Shown in pieces: positions 1-8,540 of a stretch of 64,000 nt of DNA. How positions within the stretch are numbered: the stretch's first letter is position 1; each line of letters opens with the position of its first letter. The position numbers and the translations under genes are program-made. Under the pieces are notes generated by a model. That model did no database searches. It saw only the letters and a list, made by a program, of their open reading frames with translations, and was not told the origin of the DNA. This DNA comes from Thermodesulfovibrionales bacterium (GTDB lineage Bacteria; Nitrospirota; Thermodesulfovibrionia; Thermodesulfovibrionales; SM23-35). The stretch lies in contig CAVQRT010000007.1 in the NCBI GenBank assembly GCA_963715195.1, forward strand, positions 160,001-224,000, in the 5' to 3' direction.

Positions 1-135
1 AATTTCTTCTTTGACATATCCAGTGATTTTTTCAGCAGCTTCATTAAAATCAACGACCTTTCCCCCTTCATCTACAATCGTAAATCCAATGGGAAGATTC
101 TCTATGATTGTTTCATAAATCTGCTGTTTTTCCAT
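1..135 (-). CDS. PAS-domain sensor protein, N-terminus (runs off window edge)
   Basis: Hand translation from ATG at 135: MEKQQIYETIIENLPIGFTIVDEGGKVVDFNEAAEKITGYVKEEI, typical PAS start (..D..G.....N.AAE..TGY..EE). Confidence 0.8.
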   Translation of the reverse strand, partial: MEKQQIYETIIENLPIGFTIVDEGGKVVDFNEAAEKITGYVKEEI

Positions 136-329
136 AATCCTAGTTATAACCTACATCATTTTTATATTTTTTAAAAACTGACAACCGGAGGCACTAAACA
201 TTAAACAAAAAAAACTTTTTGCAGTGCGCATTTCAATATGGAATGCATATGTCAGGAATTACTCAATAATGTTCGTTCTTCAGAAAGGAAGCTATGAACA
301 ATACAAACTCTATATTGATAAAAAATTAC

Positions 330-560
330 TTACTCTCTGTCTAAGTCTAAGAAATCTAAAATTATCTGGATTCTGGTTTTCGGAAGACCGCTAAAAGCTT
401 TCTTCAAGTCGTCAACTGTATAATTTTTTCTGAGAAAAGTCATAACGTCTGTTCTCTCTTTCCAGCAATCGATAATTCTTTTGCAAGGTAATCCATCGTT
501 CATTAAAGAACAATAATCGAATTTTATTAACATACCTAATTGAGTGCAGTATATTTCCAT
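330..560 (-). CDS. small Cys-containing hypothetical protein
   Basis: 76-aa ORF with four Cys (YC..LG...F.YC......LPC..I..CW), co-oriented with USP genes. Confidence 0.65.
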   Translation of the reverse strand: MEIYCTQLGMLIKFDYCSLMNDGLPCKRIIDCWKERTDVMTFLRKNYTVDDLKKAFSGLPKTRIQIILDFLDLDRE

Positions 561-614
561 AGATCTACCTTCATTGATTGCACCACTCCTAAAGTCAGAT
601 TTTTTTACAATCCA

Positions 615-1529
615 TTATTTCTTCATCTTTGGAAATAATTCAGGATGAGTAACAACAACCACAGGGCATAGACACTGTGCAGTTAACTCTTCTACAGTAC
701 TACCTACATACCATCTTCTCTCTTCCTCTGTTGTATGAGACCCCATCACTATTAAATCTATATCCTTTTCGCTCGAGTATTTCTGAATTTCTACACATGG
801 TTGTGATCCTTTCCAAATCCTATATTCATTCCTTATCTTTTCTGGGATTTTGCAAAAATCCCTAAGCTTTTTATTCAAAGAAGCGATATCGACATCCGAT
901 TCCTTCTTGCCCGACTGGGAAATATTTAACACATGAAAAAGCAGAAGATTTGAATCATATTTCGTGGCCAATTTTATTGCAAACTCGACAGCATATTTAC
1001 AGGATTTAGAAAAATCAATACAAACCATTATATTTTTGAAATTAAGCCTTTCTTTTGGAGTGAGACGATTGACTATCATCGTAGGATGAGTGGAATGCAT
1101 AATCACATCTTCCACGGTATTTCCTATGGGAAGTCCGATCAATTCTTCCTCTTCTTCGATTTTCCCCGCATGGGGCCCAAGCACAATTAAATCTGCCCCC
1201 ATCTTCCTCGCCCTTCTCCTTATTTCTATGCTAGGCTTCCCATAAGCTATATCAATCTGGTAGTTGCCGTAAGGTTTCAGAGCCCCTCCACATTTGTTAT
1301 CAAGTTCCTGTTTCACTCTCTCTCTGTACTCTTGACTTGTAGCAGTGTCCTCACCTGTTTTGAAGTCTTTGACTGACTCCAATGGCCCGCACTCATGAAA
1401 ATAAGATGGTTCAAGAACATGCAAAACAAAGAGCCTCCCCTGATCTTTTTTTGCAATTTCCAAAGCGGTAACCACAGCTGCATCGCAGGCCTCTAACATA
1501 TCAGTTGCCGTTAACACTCTTTCAAACAT
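615..1529 (-). CDS. universal stress protein, tandem USP domains
   Basis: Two USP repeats (VLTATD..LHV..DLIVLG; IMVCIDFS..DLIVMGSH..GSTVE..CPVVVV); AAGGAGG RBS. Confidence 0.92.
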   Translation of the reverse strand: MFERVLTATDMLEACDAAVVTALEIAKKDQGRLFVLHVLEPSYFHECGPLESVKDFKTGEDTATSQEYRERVKQELDNKCGGALKPYGNYQIDIAYGKPSIEIRRRARKMGADLIVLGPHAGKIEEEEELIGLPIGNTVEDVIMHSTHPTMIVNRLTPKERLNFKNIMVCIDFSKSCKYAVEFAIKLATKYDSNLLLFHVLNISQSGKKESDVDIASLNKKLRDFCKIPEKIRNEYRIWKGSQPCVEIQKYSSEKDIDLIVMGSHTTEEERRWYVGSTVEELTAQCLCPVVVVTHPELFPKMKK

Positions 1530-1871
1530 TTTAACCTCCTTTTATTTAGTGAATTGTTTCTAATAACAGGAAATCGACAATTATCCGAATAATGATTAAT
1601 TCATAACCCCCATCCTTTTTTAAGGTTCAATAAATGAAGCGTCTTTCGATGAGTGAGATATCCTCCCTATCAGACGTTTGTTCACACATATAACATCAGT
1701 CGAAAACTTACAAACAACGCTTAAGTCGTGTATTATTAGCAACGTTGTTAAATTAGATTTTTCTAATGCTCGCATGTTTTTATAACGCTGTATCTAATGG
1801 AAGGCTACACATTAACGATTACTGATTTGTGATGTTGATTGTGTAACCATTCAAAATAGAATTGCAATATT

Positions 1872-2336
1872 TCAGCCCTCCTGTAAAGTACAGATATAAG
1901 GAATTCTTACCGTAAGCACTGGACAGGGTGCATATCTTATAACTTGTGACGCTGTACTTCCCAATAGAACTCTATTCAGCCCTTTTCTTCCATGTGATCC
2001 CATAATGATTACATCGATGTTGTTCTTTTTAGCGAAATTTATTATTTCTTCATATGGGACGCCTATGATTACATGGCGTTCTTTAACCTTAATGGCACTG
2101 AGTTCCTCTACCGCAAATTTATCAATCTCTTTTTTTGCATCTTCTTCGAACTTCTTGTACATCTCCTCCATTGCTGGATATGGAACATACCAACCTCCTC
2201 CTTTTACCACATCATAAATAACGTGAAGGAGATAAAGTTTTGCTCCATAACGCTTTGTCAGATCTACAGCATACGGCAGTGCTTGAGATGATCCCTCAGA
2301 AAAGTCTGTTGGGAAAAGAATGTTTTTAATTTCCAT
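1872..2336 (-). CDS. universal stress protein (UspA family)
   Basis: ILFPTDFS..LHV..DVIIMGSHGRKG..LLGSTA..APCPVLTV; ATG at 2336 preferred over TTG at 2342. Confidence 0.95.
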   Translation of the reverse strand: MEIKNILFPTDFSEGSSQALPYAVDLTKRYGAKLYLLHVIYDVVKGGGWYVPYPAMEEMYKKFEEDAKKEIDKFAVEELSAIKVKERHVIIGVPYEEIINFAKKNNIDVIIMGSHGRKGLNRVLLGSTASQVIRYAPCPVLTVRIPYICTLQEG

Positions 2337-2565
2337 GTCCAATTCCTATTCCTTTTCTTAAGGACATATCAACAACCTCCTTCATTTTCGTATCTCTCTT
2401 ATCATCAGTTTTTGAAATAGAACTCGGACTTTTTTCCACATTCAACTTTTCTTTTTTATATGCTCCAATAGCATCTTTTACAGTACCCTCAGCACCTGTA
2501 ATTACCTTATTTCCTGCAGCCTGCAAGGTCTGTAAGGCATTCGGTCCGACTTTTCCTGTTAGAAT
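2326..2565 (-). pseudogene. 5'-truncated NifB/NifX-family (FeMo-cofactor-binding-like) gene fragment
   Basis: Reads ILTGKVGPNALQTLQAAGNKVITGAEGTVKDAI right after an in-frame TAA; this is the C-terminal half of the family, with no start or N-terminus. Confidence 0.7.
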
Positions 2566-2882
2566 TTATTCCTTCGAGAGGAAAACCTCCCTTTTCGAGC
2601 CTGCTTTTTTCCATATATCTGCCTTTCCCTTGATTCCTACTTATTTTATTCTCTGTAAAGAATGACAGGCACCCTTTGGTAGGGAGAAACAGTTGGTGTA
2701 ATACTGGATCTTGTATGTAGGAAGATAGTGTTACTTGATTTATACTACTATAATTTTCTTGAGGTTGTCTCTTTCATCAAGAGAGAATTCAAACACCTCC
2801 CTAAGGCGTCTTTGAATAAAATCTATCAAAATATACTTAGCTTGTCAACTTAGTGTATAAATTGCATCTGTTTAATATCCAT

Positions 2883-2903
2883 CCCGATGACTAAAGCATC
2901 GGG
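2883..2903. repeat. REP/IS200-IS605-type hairpin (degenerate)
   Basis: CCCGATG-ACTAAAG-CATCGGG, 7-bp perfect arms around a TAAA loop. Confidence 0.4.
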
Positions 2904-3203
2904 GTATGAAATATATATGGTAATTAACAGGAGTCAGAAATGTTCGAAATGCGTCTTCTATGTGCATCATGTAAAAGAGAACTGTTTCTAAGAGGGTGAA
3001 CTCTATCATCTTTCGTTGAGGCACATGATATGAGAACATAAAGACCATCAGAGGTATGCCCAACCGCACATCAACAGGGTAAGGCAATCGTTAAAAGGTA
3101 AAGACAACTTTTTGCAAATAAGAGGAAAAATAGGGTGTAAAATTGGGAACATTATTACGATTTCATGACACTACATGTTATAATTCCCGTAAGTTATTGA
3201 TTT

Positions 3204-3278
3204 GCGGGCGTAACTCAGCGGTAGAGTGTCAGCTTCCCAAGCTGAAGGTCGCGGGTTCGAATCCCGTCGCCCGCTCCA
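3204..3278 (+). tRNA. tRNA-Gly (anticodon CCC)
   Basis: Cloverleaf: acceptor GCGGGCG/CGCCCGC, D-arm ACTC/GAGT, anticodon arm TCAGC-TTCCCAA-GCTGA, T-loop TTCGAAT, encoded CCA. Confidence 0.98.
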
Positions 3279-3376
3279 AACCAGTCTTTTCGTTTCAAAA
3301 ACTATCCGCAGCTTATCCTTTTTGTTTTCACTGAAACCGCTGAATTGTGTTCCTGCAGATGATCGCAATACATGAT

Positions 3377-4675
3377 CTATTTGACCTTGAAAGCCTCTGT
3401 CCCGATGAGGATGACAACAATTGCAGAAAGCACCGCTTTGAAGGTGGCAGCGATAACACCGATTATGAACGCCTTGCCTCCGGCCTTTTTGAGGTCGTCA
3501 AACGCAATGTTGAGACCGACACCTGCAAATCCCACCGCAAAGAAAATTTTCAGGAATTGCTTGCCAAAAATTGTCCTGTGCTCTTCTGTGAAAACACCGA
3601 ACTCATTTAGGGTAACCATTGCAAAAAACCCAAGTATGAATAAGGGGAACTTCTCCTTTATCACCTGCCATGTATGTATCTTTTCATGTCTGCCTGCAGC
3701 GGTTGCCTGTCTGATTACATAAAACCAGATACAATAAATGACGACAAGCGGAATAAACCCTACCCTGACTATGTTAATAATATTTGCAGTGAGGAGTGAA
3801 TCGTGACCGTACCAAGTTGCCGCAGCAACGAGTTGGGCCGTATTCAGAATTGCGGTTCCAACCCATGCCCCAAAAACTGGTTCAGACATTCCCAATGCCT
3901 TGCCAATATAAGGGAAAGTGAAAAGTGCAACTGTTCCGAAAAGAAGGATCGTTCCAACCGCATAAAAGAAGTCCCTCGGTTTGGCATTGACAACCGGGGC
4001 AACAGCAACCGCAGCGGAGACTCCGCAAATCCCTGTTCCAGCAGCCATAACCCCCATAAGGCCATCGTCTTGTTTCAGTCGTCTGCCGAGAATTGATACG
4101 AGCACGGTCGTGCCGAATATAAAAATAAACACCAGTATGAGAGCAAAAATGCCAACCTTGAGAAGATTGGACCATAAATAATATCCGCCGAGCAGGATAA
4201 TGCCTGGTTTAATAATGGGTCTTGCCAAGACTGCACCTGTCTGAAAGATTTTTGGAAGTCCGATAGTGTTTCGTATGATCATACCTCCCAATAACAGAAC
4301 GGCAACGTAGGTGAGCTGGAACTGAATCATTTTTTCTCCGAACCTGAATTTGAATGGTATTTCCTTCGCAATTACAAGAGTCGTGTAATCTTTCTCTTTC
4401 AGGAGGTAAGGCTTCTTGGGCTTTTCCTTTATTTCTCCAAGCTCGAAGGCTGCAAGCTTTTCCTGATACTTTGTCTCCCTTTCTGCTTTGTATTCAGCAA
4501 AAGACAAAAAACCCCCGCCTTCTCTTTGAGAAGCCTTCAGAATCTTTTCGCTCTCCTCGGAGTCCTTCTGCCATCTATGTATGGATTGATCCCATTGAAG
4601 AGCCAACCATCCGAGTATCATGCAAAGCATGAGCCCCGGAATATATTTCACAATACCATCATTTGTACCAGTCAT
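3377..4675 (-). CDS. YeiH / putative sulfate exporter family membrane protein
   Basis: Multi-TM; motifs GIILLG, AAGTGICGVSAAVAVAP, FGAWVGTAI..TAQ.VAA, K.FP.FILGF, GVGL. Confidence 0.9.
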   Translation of the reverse strand: MTGTNDGIVKYIPGLMLCMILGWLALQWDQSIHRWQKDSEESEKILKASQREGGGFLSFAEYKAERETKYQEKLAAFELGEIKEKPKKPYLLKEKDYTTLVIAKEIPFKFRFGEKMIQFQLTYVAVLLLGGMIIRNTIGLPKIFQTGAVLARPIIKPGIILLGGYYLWSNLLKVGIFALILVFIFIFGTTVLVSILGRRLKQDDGLMGVMAAGTGICGVSAAVAVAPVVNAKPRDFFYAVGTILLFGTVALFTFPYIGKALGMSEPVFGAWVGTAILNTAQLVAAATWYGHDSLLTANIINIVRVGFIPLVVIYCIWFYVIRQATAAGRHEKIHTWQVIKEKFPLFILGFFAMVTLNEFGVFTEEHRTIFGKQFLKIFFAVGFAGVGLNIAFDDLKKAGGKAFIIGVIAATFKAVLSAIVVILIGTEAFKVK

Positions 4676-4688
4676 ATTTCTCCCCCTA

Positions 4689-4844
4689 TTAAAAAAACAA
4701 TGATGGAAAGGTTTTCTGTGTAATTACTCCTGTCAGGCCGAGTACTACCGTGATTGCTGCCAATATCAGTACCCAGATATCTTCCTTTCTCTCAGCAGAA
4801 AAGACCTTTTTCGCTTTGTCCTCAAATTCCCTCGTGTCTGCCAT
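4689..4844 (-). CDS. 51-aa single-TM small protein (not in ORF track)
   Basis: AAAGGAGG RBS; MADTREFEDKAKKVFSAERKEDIWVLILAAITVVLGLTGVITQKTFPSLFF; ends 13 bp before YeiH start. Confidence 0.8.
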   Translation of the reverse strand: MADTREFEDKAKKVFSAERKEDIWVLILAAITVVLGLTGVITQKTFPSLFF

Positions 4845-4896
4845 TTCATCCCTCCTTTGACGGTTATTATGTCAATCAAACATCGATAATTGAATC

Positions 4897-5316
4897 TTAC
4901 TTCATCACAAGAACCGGCACAGGCGAACGCTCAATCAGTCTTGCAGTAGTGCTTCCAAAAGCAAATTTCCTTGCACCATGCTTTCCATGGGATGCAGCTA
5001 TGATCATGTCTGCGCCTTCTCTTTTGGCTGCCTCAACAATCATTTCAGCCGGGCTGCCTGTTTCAGTGAGAACCCTTGCAGAAACCCCTGCCTTCTTGAA
5101 TGCCTCCATGGCATATGCAGTGATAACCTTAGATTCCTTTGTCTGGAGTTCCCGGACAACGGTGCAGTCCATCTCTGTCAGCCCTATCGGACAGAAATCT
5201 TCGATGACATGAACGCAGATAATCTCTGTATCCTCTTTTTGTGCAAGTTCCACGGCCTTGTCGATTGCTTTTTGTGCAAAAGCGGATCCATCATACGCGA
5301 CAATTATCTTTTGCAT
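4897..5316 (-). CDS. universal stress protein
   Basis: KIIVAYDGS..GSPAE.I..ADMII.ASHG..FGSTT..SPVPVLV; AAGGAGG RBS. Confidence 0.93.
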   Translation of the reverse strand: MQKIIVAYDGSAFAQKAIDKAVELAQKEDTEIICVHVIEDFCPIGLTEMDCTVVRELQTKESKVITAYAMEAFKKAGVSARVLTETGSPAEMIVEAAKREGADMIIAASHGKHGARKFAFGSTTARLIERSPVPVLVMK

Positions 5317-5418
5317 CTTGCACCCTCCTTTCTCTATATTTTTTCAAGAAACTGTCCGCCTGTCAGACCGTCTCTATGGAAATCATCAAGCCGTTGTATG
5401 TGAGAGATGTCCCAATCG

Positions 5419-5937
5419 TTATGGGTTTAAAAATTTCAGCGCGATTACAACTCCTATCAATGCAAGAAGCCCAATCCCCTCAGCGAGGACGATTATTATC
5501 GTGATCCTTCTTTGAGACGGCGTCATCCTGAGCCAGAATCTGTCGAGGATCCACTTGATAATCCTGCTTTGTTTTTTCTCAAGGTATATATAATTCTTTA
5601 ACCCTTTCAACCAGTAAGGGAGATCTTCGTTCCTGAAAAAATCACCGGTTAAGGACAGACGAATTATTTCAGGTTTCATTTCATCAAGGGAAAACTCTAT
5701 TATATTTGAATCCATTATATAACAGATTCCTTTTTCCCGCATTTCAACCTGCAAACTCAATTGCGTGGTCTCATCAGCTCTGTCATCATATAGTACGAGG
5801 GAATATAGACCTTTTTCCTTGTCAGCAGCCTTGATCTCCTTGATATGCCATGATGGATTCAGCCTGAGAACGACGTCCGGTCTCAGGAAAAATTCTCTTA
5901 CCCTTTCGAACGGGGCGTTAATAGTAACAGGAGTCAT
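5419..5937 (-). CDS. hypothetical membrane-anchored protein, possibly SRPBCC/START-like
   Basis: N-terminal INAPFERVREFFLRP..LRLNP pattern, hydrophobic C-terminal helix; ATGA overlap with upstream USP. Confidence 0.6.
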   Translation of the reverse strand: MTPVTINAPFERVREFFLRPDVVLRLNPSWHIKEIKAADKEKGLYSLVLYDDRADETTQLSLQVEMREKGICYIMDSNIIEFSLDEMKPEIIRLSLTGDFFRNEDLPYWLKGLKNYIYLEKKQSRIIKWILDRFWLRMTPSQRRITIIIVLAEGIGLLALIGVVIALKFLNP

Positions 5938-6377
5938 CGTACAAAAATGGCCGGAATCCGTATTCTTTTGAAGATCTTCATCGGCAGGTTACAGGACCTT
6001 ACCCTTTCTGTGAAAGCTGTGAGAGGCCTGGCACCGAGTATCAGCAGGTCATATGAATGTTCGAATGTTTCCTTTATGATCTCTTCTTCGGGTGAACCGC
6101 ATCGTACGATAACATCGTATAATACCCCTCTTGAATCGGCTCTTGATTTGAATCCGGCTATTATATCGTCCGATTCCTTCCCGAGCTCTCTTTCGATATG
6201 ATTTCTGTATTCATTTCTCCCAACGGCATATATCTCATCCGCGAATTTCATCAGGTAAGGATTTATAACATGAAGGGCGGTAATATTTCCCTGGAATGCT
6301 TCGGCTATGTCGATGGCATAGTTGATTGCTTTTTCAGTCCACTGCTCTCCGTCAATGCAGAGAAGAATATTTTTCAT
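5934..6377 (-). CDS. universal stress protein
   Basis: Likely start MKNILLCIDG at 6377 (TGATG coupling to upstream gene); LHV, GSPEEEI, YDLLILGA. Confidence 0.88.
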   Translation of the reverse strand: MKNILLCIDGEQWTEKAINYAIDIAEAFQGNITALHVINPYLMKFADEIYAVGRNEYRNHIERELGKESDDIIAGFKSRADSRGVLYDVIVRCGSPEEEIIKETFEHSYDLLILGARPLTAFTERVRSCNLPMKIFKRIRIPAIFVR

Positions 6378-6946
6378 CACCGATCGTGTAATTTTTTCCG
6401 AACATGATAGAACCTCTGGAAAACCGTGATATGTGTCAGAACGAGCATTATCCAGAGAATCGGTACAATCCATCCCGTGAGCGTTGCAAAAATGAGAAGG
6501 ATTATTCTCTCGGGCCTTTCCATGATTCCCGTGTGGCATGATACTCCGAGGCCTTCTGCCCTCGCCCGTGCATAACTGATAAGGAATGCTCCGATTAATG
6601 TTCCGATGCTGAGGAAGGCACCGGTATGATCATGATTTGCAGCGAGATACCAGGCGATTGCAAGGAAAAGAAAAGCATCGGAGTATCTGTCGAGGAGAGA
6701 GTCGAGAAAAGCACCGAATTGTGTGACCCTTCCGGTTGTTCTTGCGACAATACCGTCGAGCATATCGAAGATGCCGCCGAACAGGATAAGAATTCCACCC
6801 AGTGTGGTGCTGTGGGGAATCGTGATGGCTGCACTGAGAGTTATGAGAAAGCCTGTTACGGTGAGGAAATTCGGACTTACCGGGATTCGTTTTGCAATCG
6901 ATCCGAGAGGAGCATCGAGAAAATGACCGAGCTTTGCACTCAGCAT
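6377..6946 (-). CDS. CDP-alcohol phosphatidyltransferase, probable phosphatidylinositol-phosphate synthase
   Basis: Signature DMLDG.VAR...T.FGAFLDS.LDR.SD, SYARARAEGLG, ERPER; abuts ino1. Confidence 0.88.
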   Translation of the reverse strand: MLSAKLGHFLDAPLGSIAKRIPVSPNFLTVTGFLITLSAAITIPHSTTLGGILILFGGIFDMLDGIVARTTGRVTQFGAFLDSLLDRYSDAFLFLAIAWYLAANHDHTGAFLSIGTLIGAFLISYARARAEGLGVSCHTGIMERPERIILLIFATLTGWIVPILWIMLVLTHITVFQRFYHVRKKLHDR

Positions 6947-8050
6947 TTACCTTTCAAGGGTCCCTTTTATGAAAGCCTCCACCATTGCCCGCGCCTTTTC
7001 ATCAGGAAACTGGATCATCGGATGCTTCATGAAATATGCTGAAGGTGAGATGAGCACGCCCCCTACTCCTCTGTCCCTTGCGATTTTACAGCACCGTAGT
7101 GCATCGATCACCACGCCTGCACTATTCGGAGAGTCCTCAACGGAGAGTCTCAGTTCCAGGTTAAGCGGGACACTTCCAAACCCTCTCCCCTCCATTCTGA
7201 GAAAACAAATTTTATTATCATGCAGCCACGGCACATAATCGGAAGGACCGATATGGATATGTTCATCACCGAGGGGTTCATTCATTTGCGATTGCACTGC
7301 CTCTGTCTTCGATATCTTTTTGAACCTGACCCTGCTTCTGTTCAGCATGTTCAGGAAGTCGGTATTTCCGCCAACATTCAGCTGGTAAGTGTTATCGATC
7401 CGGACTCCCCTGTCCTCAAAAAGTCTGGTTAGCGCCCTGTGAATGATCGTCGCACCGATCTGGCTCTTGATGTCATCCCCGATTACCGGTATCTTTCTCT
7501 GCTCAAATTTCCGTGCCCATGCTTTATCGGATGCGATAAAGACGGGGACACAATTGATGAGGCTCACGCCCGATTTCAGGCATGCTTCGGCATAGTAAGC
7601 CGTTGCTTTTTCGGAACCTACGGGGAGATAACTGATCAACATGTCGGCTCCGGTCTTCTTCAGGACCTGCACGATATTGGATGGTTTCTTTCTTGCAACC
7701 ACAAATCTCCTCTGCTCCGGATAGAGCTTCATCTGTGTTGACACCCCATCGAGGACATTTCCCATGAAAACCGGAGCCTCTAAATCGTCAAGATTCTCAG
7801 TGATCCTCTTTGTGCAATTGGGGGGAGCAAAGACAGCGTCTCTTAATGATTTGCCGACTTTCCTCTGATCTATGTCAAAGGCAGCAACGAAAGTGATATC
7901 ATCAGGCCTGTAACCGCCGAGTGAATAGTGCATGAGGCCGAGCGTCTTGTCGGGATGATTTTTTGCGAGCGAACGATAATATGCAACACCCTGAATCAAT
8001 GAACTCGCACAGTTACCGATACCCGCAACAGCAACTCTTATCTTTCCCAT
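6947..8050 (-). CDS. ino1: myo-inositol-1-phosphate synthase
   Basis: GIGNCASSL, SYLPVGS, GDDIKSQ.GAT, QLNVGGNTDFLNM, KKISKT, EDSPNSAG; start MGKIRV at 8050. Confidence 0.96.
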   Translation of the reverse strand: MGKIRVAVAGIGNCASSLIQGVAYYRSLAKNHPDKTLGLMHYSLGGYRPDDITFVAAFDIDQRKVGKSLRDAVFAPPNCTKRITENLDDLEAPVFMGNVLDGVSTQMKLYPEQRRFVVARKKPSNIVQVLKKTGADMLISYLPVGSEKATAYYAEACLKSGVSLINCVPVFIASDKAWARKFEQRKIPVIGDDIKSQIGATIIHRALTRLFEDRGVRIDNTYQLNVGGNTDFLNMLNRSRVRFKKISKTEAVQSQMNEPLGDEHIHIGPSDYVPWLHDNKICFLRMEGRGFGSVPLNLELRLSVEDSPNSAGVVIDALRCCKIARDRGVGGVLISPSAYFMKHPMIQFPDEKARAMVEAFIKGTLER

Positions 8051-8057
8051 ACTGTAT

Positions 8058-8468
8058 TCACCGTTTCTGAATGCGCTTGTATAACAACATGATAAGATCC
8101 TCAAGCTTTAGATTGAAGTCTTTCAGGAGGCTGTCCATCGATTCTTCGCAGTATTCAAGAAACCGTTTCCAGATTCTCTGCACCGTGTCCTTGTCGAGGT
8201 CCGATGCGTATGCTGTCTCCCGGAAACTCATCCCGTTTAGAAGATAACGGATGACCTCGCGTATTTTTGATTCCTTTGTGTGGAGACCGAAAAAGACTGT
8301 GTTTCTTCTCTCTGAAAATCTGAAATTGCAGGTTTTGCATTTGAGGAGTCTCCTGCGGTCTTTCCCATATCGATCGATAATGAATATATTGCCGAGGCCC
8401 TTTATTTTATGATCACTGCAGGTTTTATTCGGACAGAAAAAGTTGTCCATATCGAGAGAAATATTCAT
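8058..8468 (-). CDS. IS1-family InsA-like Zn-ribbon + HTH protein without DDE domain (putative regulator)
   Basis: FCPN..C...CKTC..RFSERRNT.FFGL..., GMSFRETA..SDLDKDTVQR; 136 aa; no InsB or terminal IRs seen. Confidence 0.75.
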   Translation of the reverse strand: MNISLDMDNFFCPNKTCSDHKIKGLGNIFIIDRYGKDRRRLLKCKTCNFRFSERRNTVFFGLHTKESKIREVIRYLLNGMSFRETAYASDLDKDTVQRIWKRFLEYCEESMDSLLKDFNLKLEDLIMLLYKRIQKR

Positions 8469-8503
8469 GTCAAGGTTATACCAGACGTCTCAGAGAAAGT
8501 CAA
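8469..8503 (-). promoter_or_regulatory. sigma70 promoter giving a probable leaderless mRNA
   Basis: TTGACT-17 bp-TATAAC (TG extended -10), then 6 nt, then ATG at 8468. Confidence 0.75.
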
Positions 8504-8540
8504 GCTCATTATCAATGATATGGGGACAAGAAGGAACCGT

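Noticed and set aside
2872..3087. 71-aa minus-strand ORF
   Set aside because: No RBS or recognisable motif; lies in decayed AT-rich DNA
3143..3368. ORFs 3143..3334 (+) and 3171..3368 (-)
   Set aside because: Translations of the tRNA-Gly gene and flanks
6378..6539. N-terminal extension of USP ORF 5934..6539 (and similar extensions of ino1, asd, tkt, addA)
   Set aside because: Overlap neighbouring genes or precede the RBS; domains begin at downstream ATGs
8040..8540. Intact IS1 element
   Set aside because: No InsB/DDE frame, terminal IRs or target duplication seen; ino1 follows immediately
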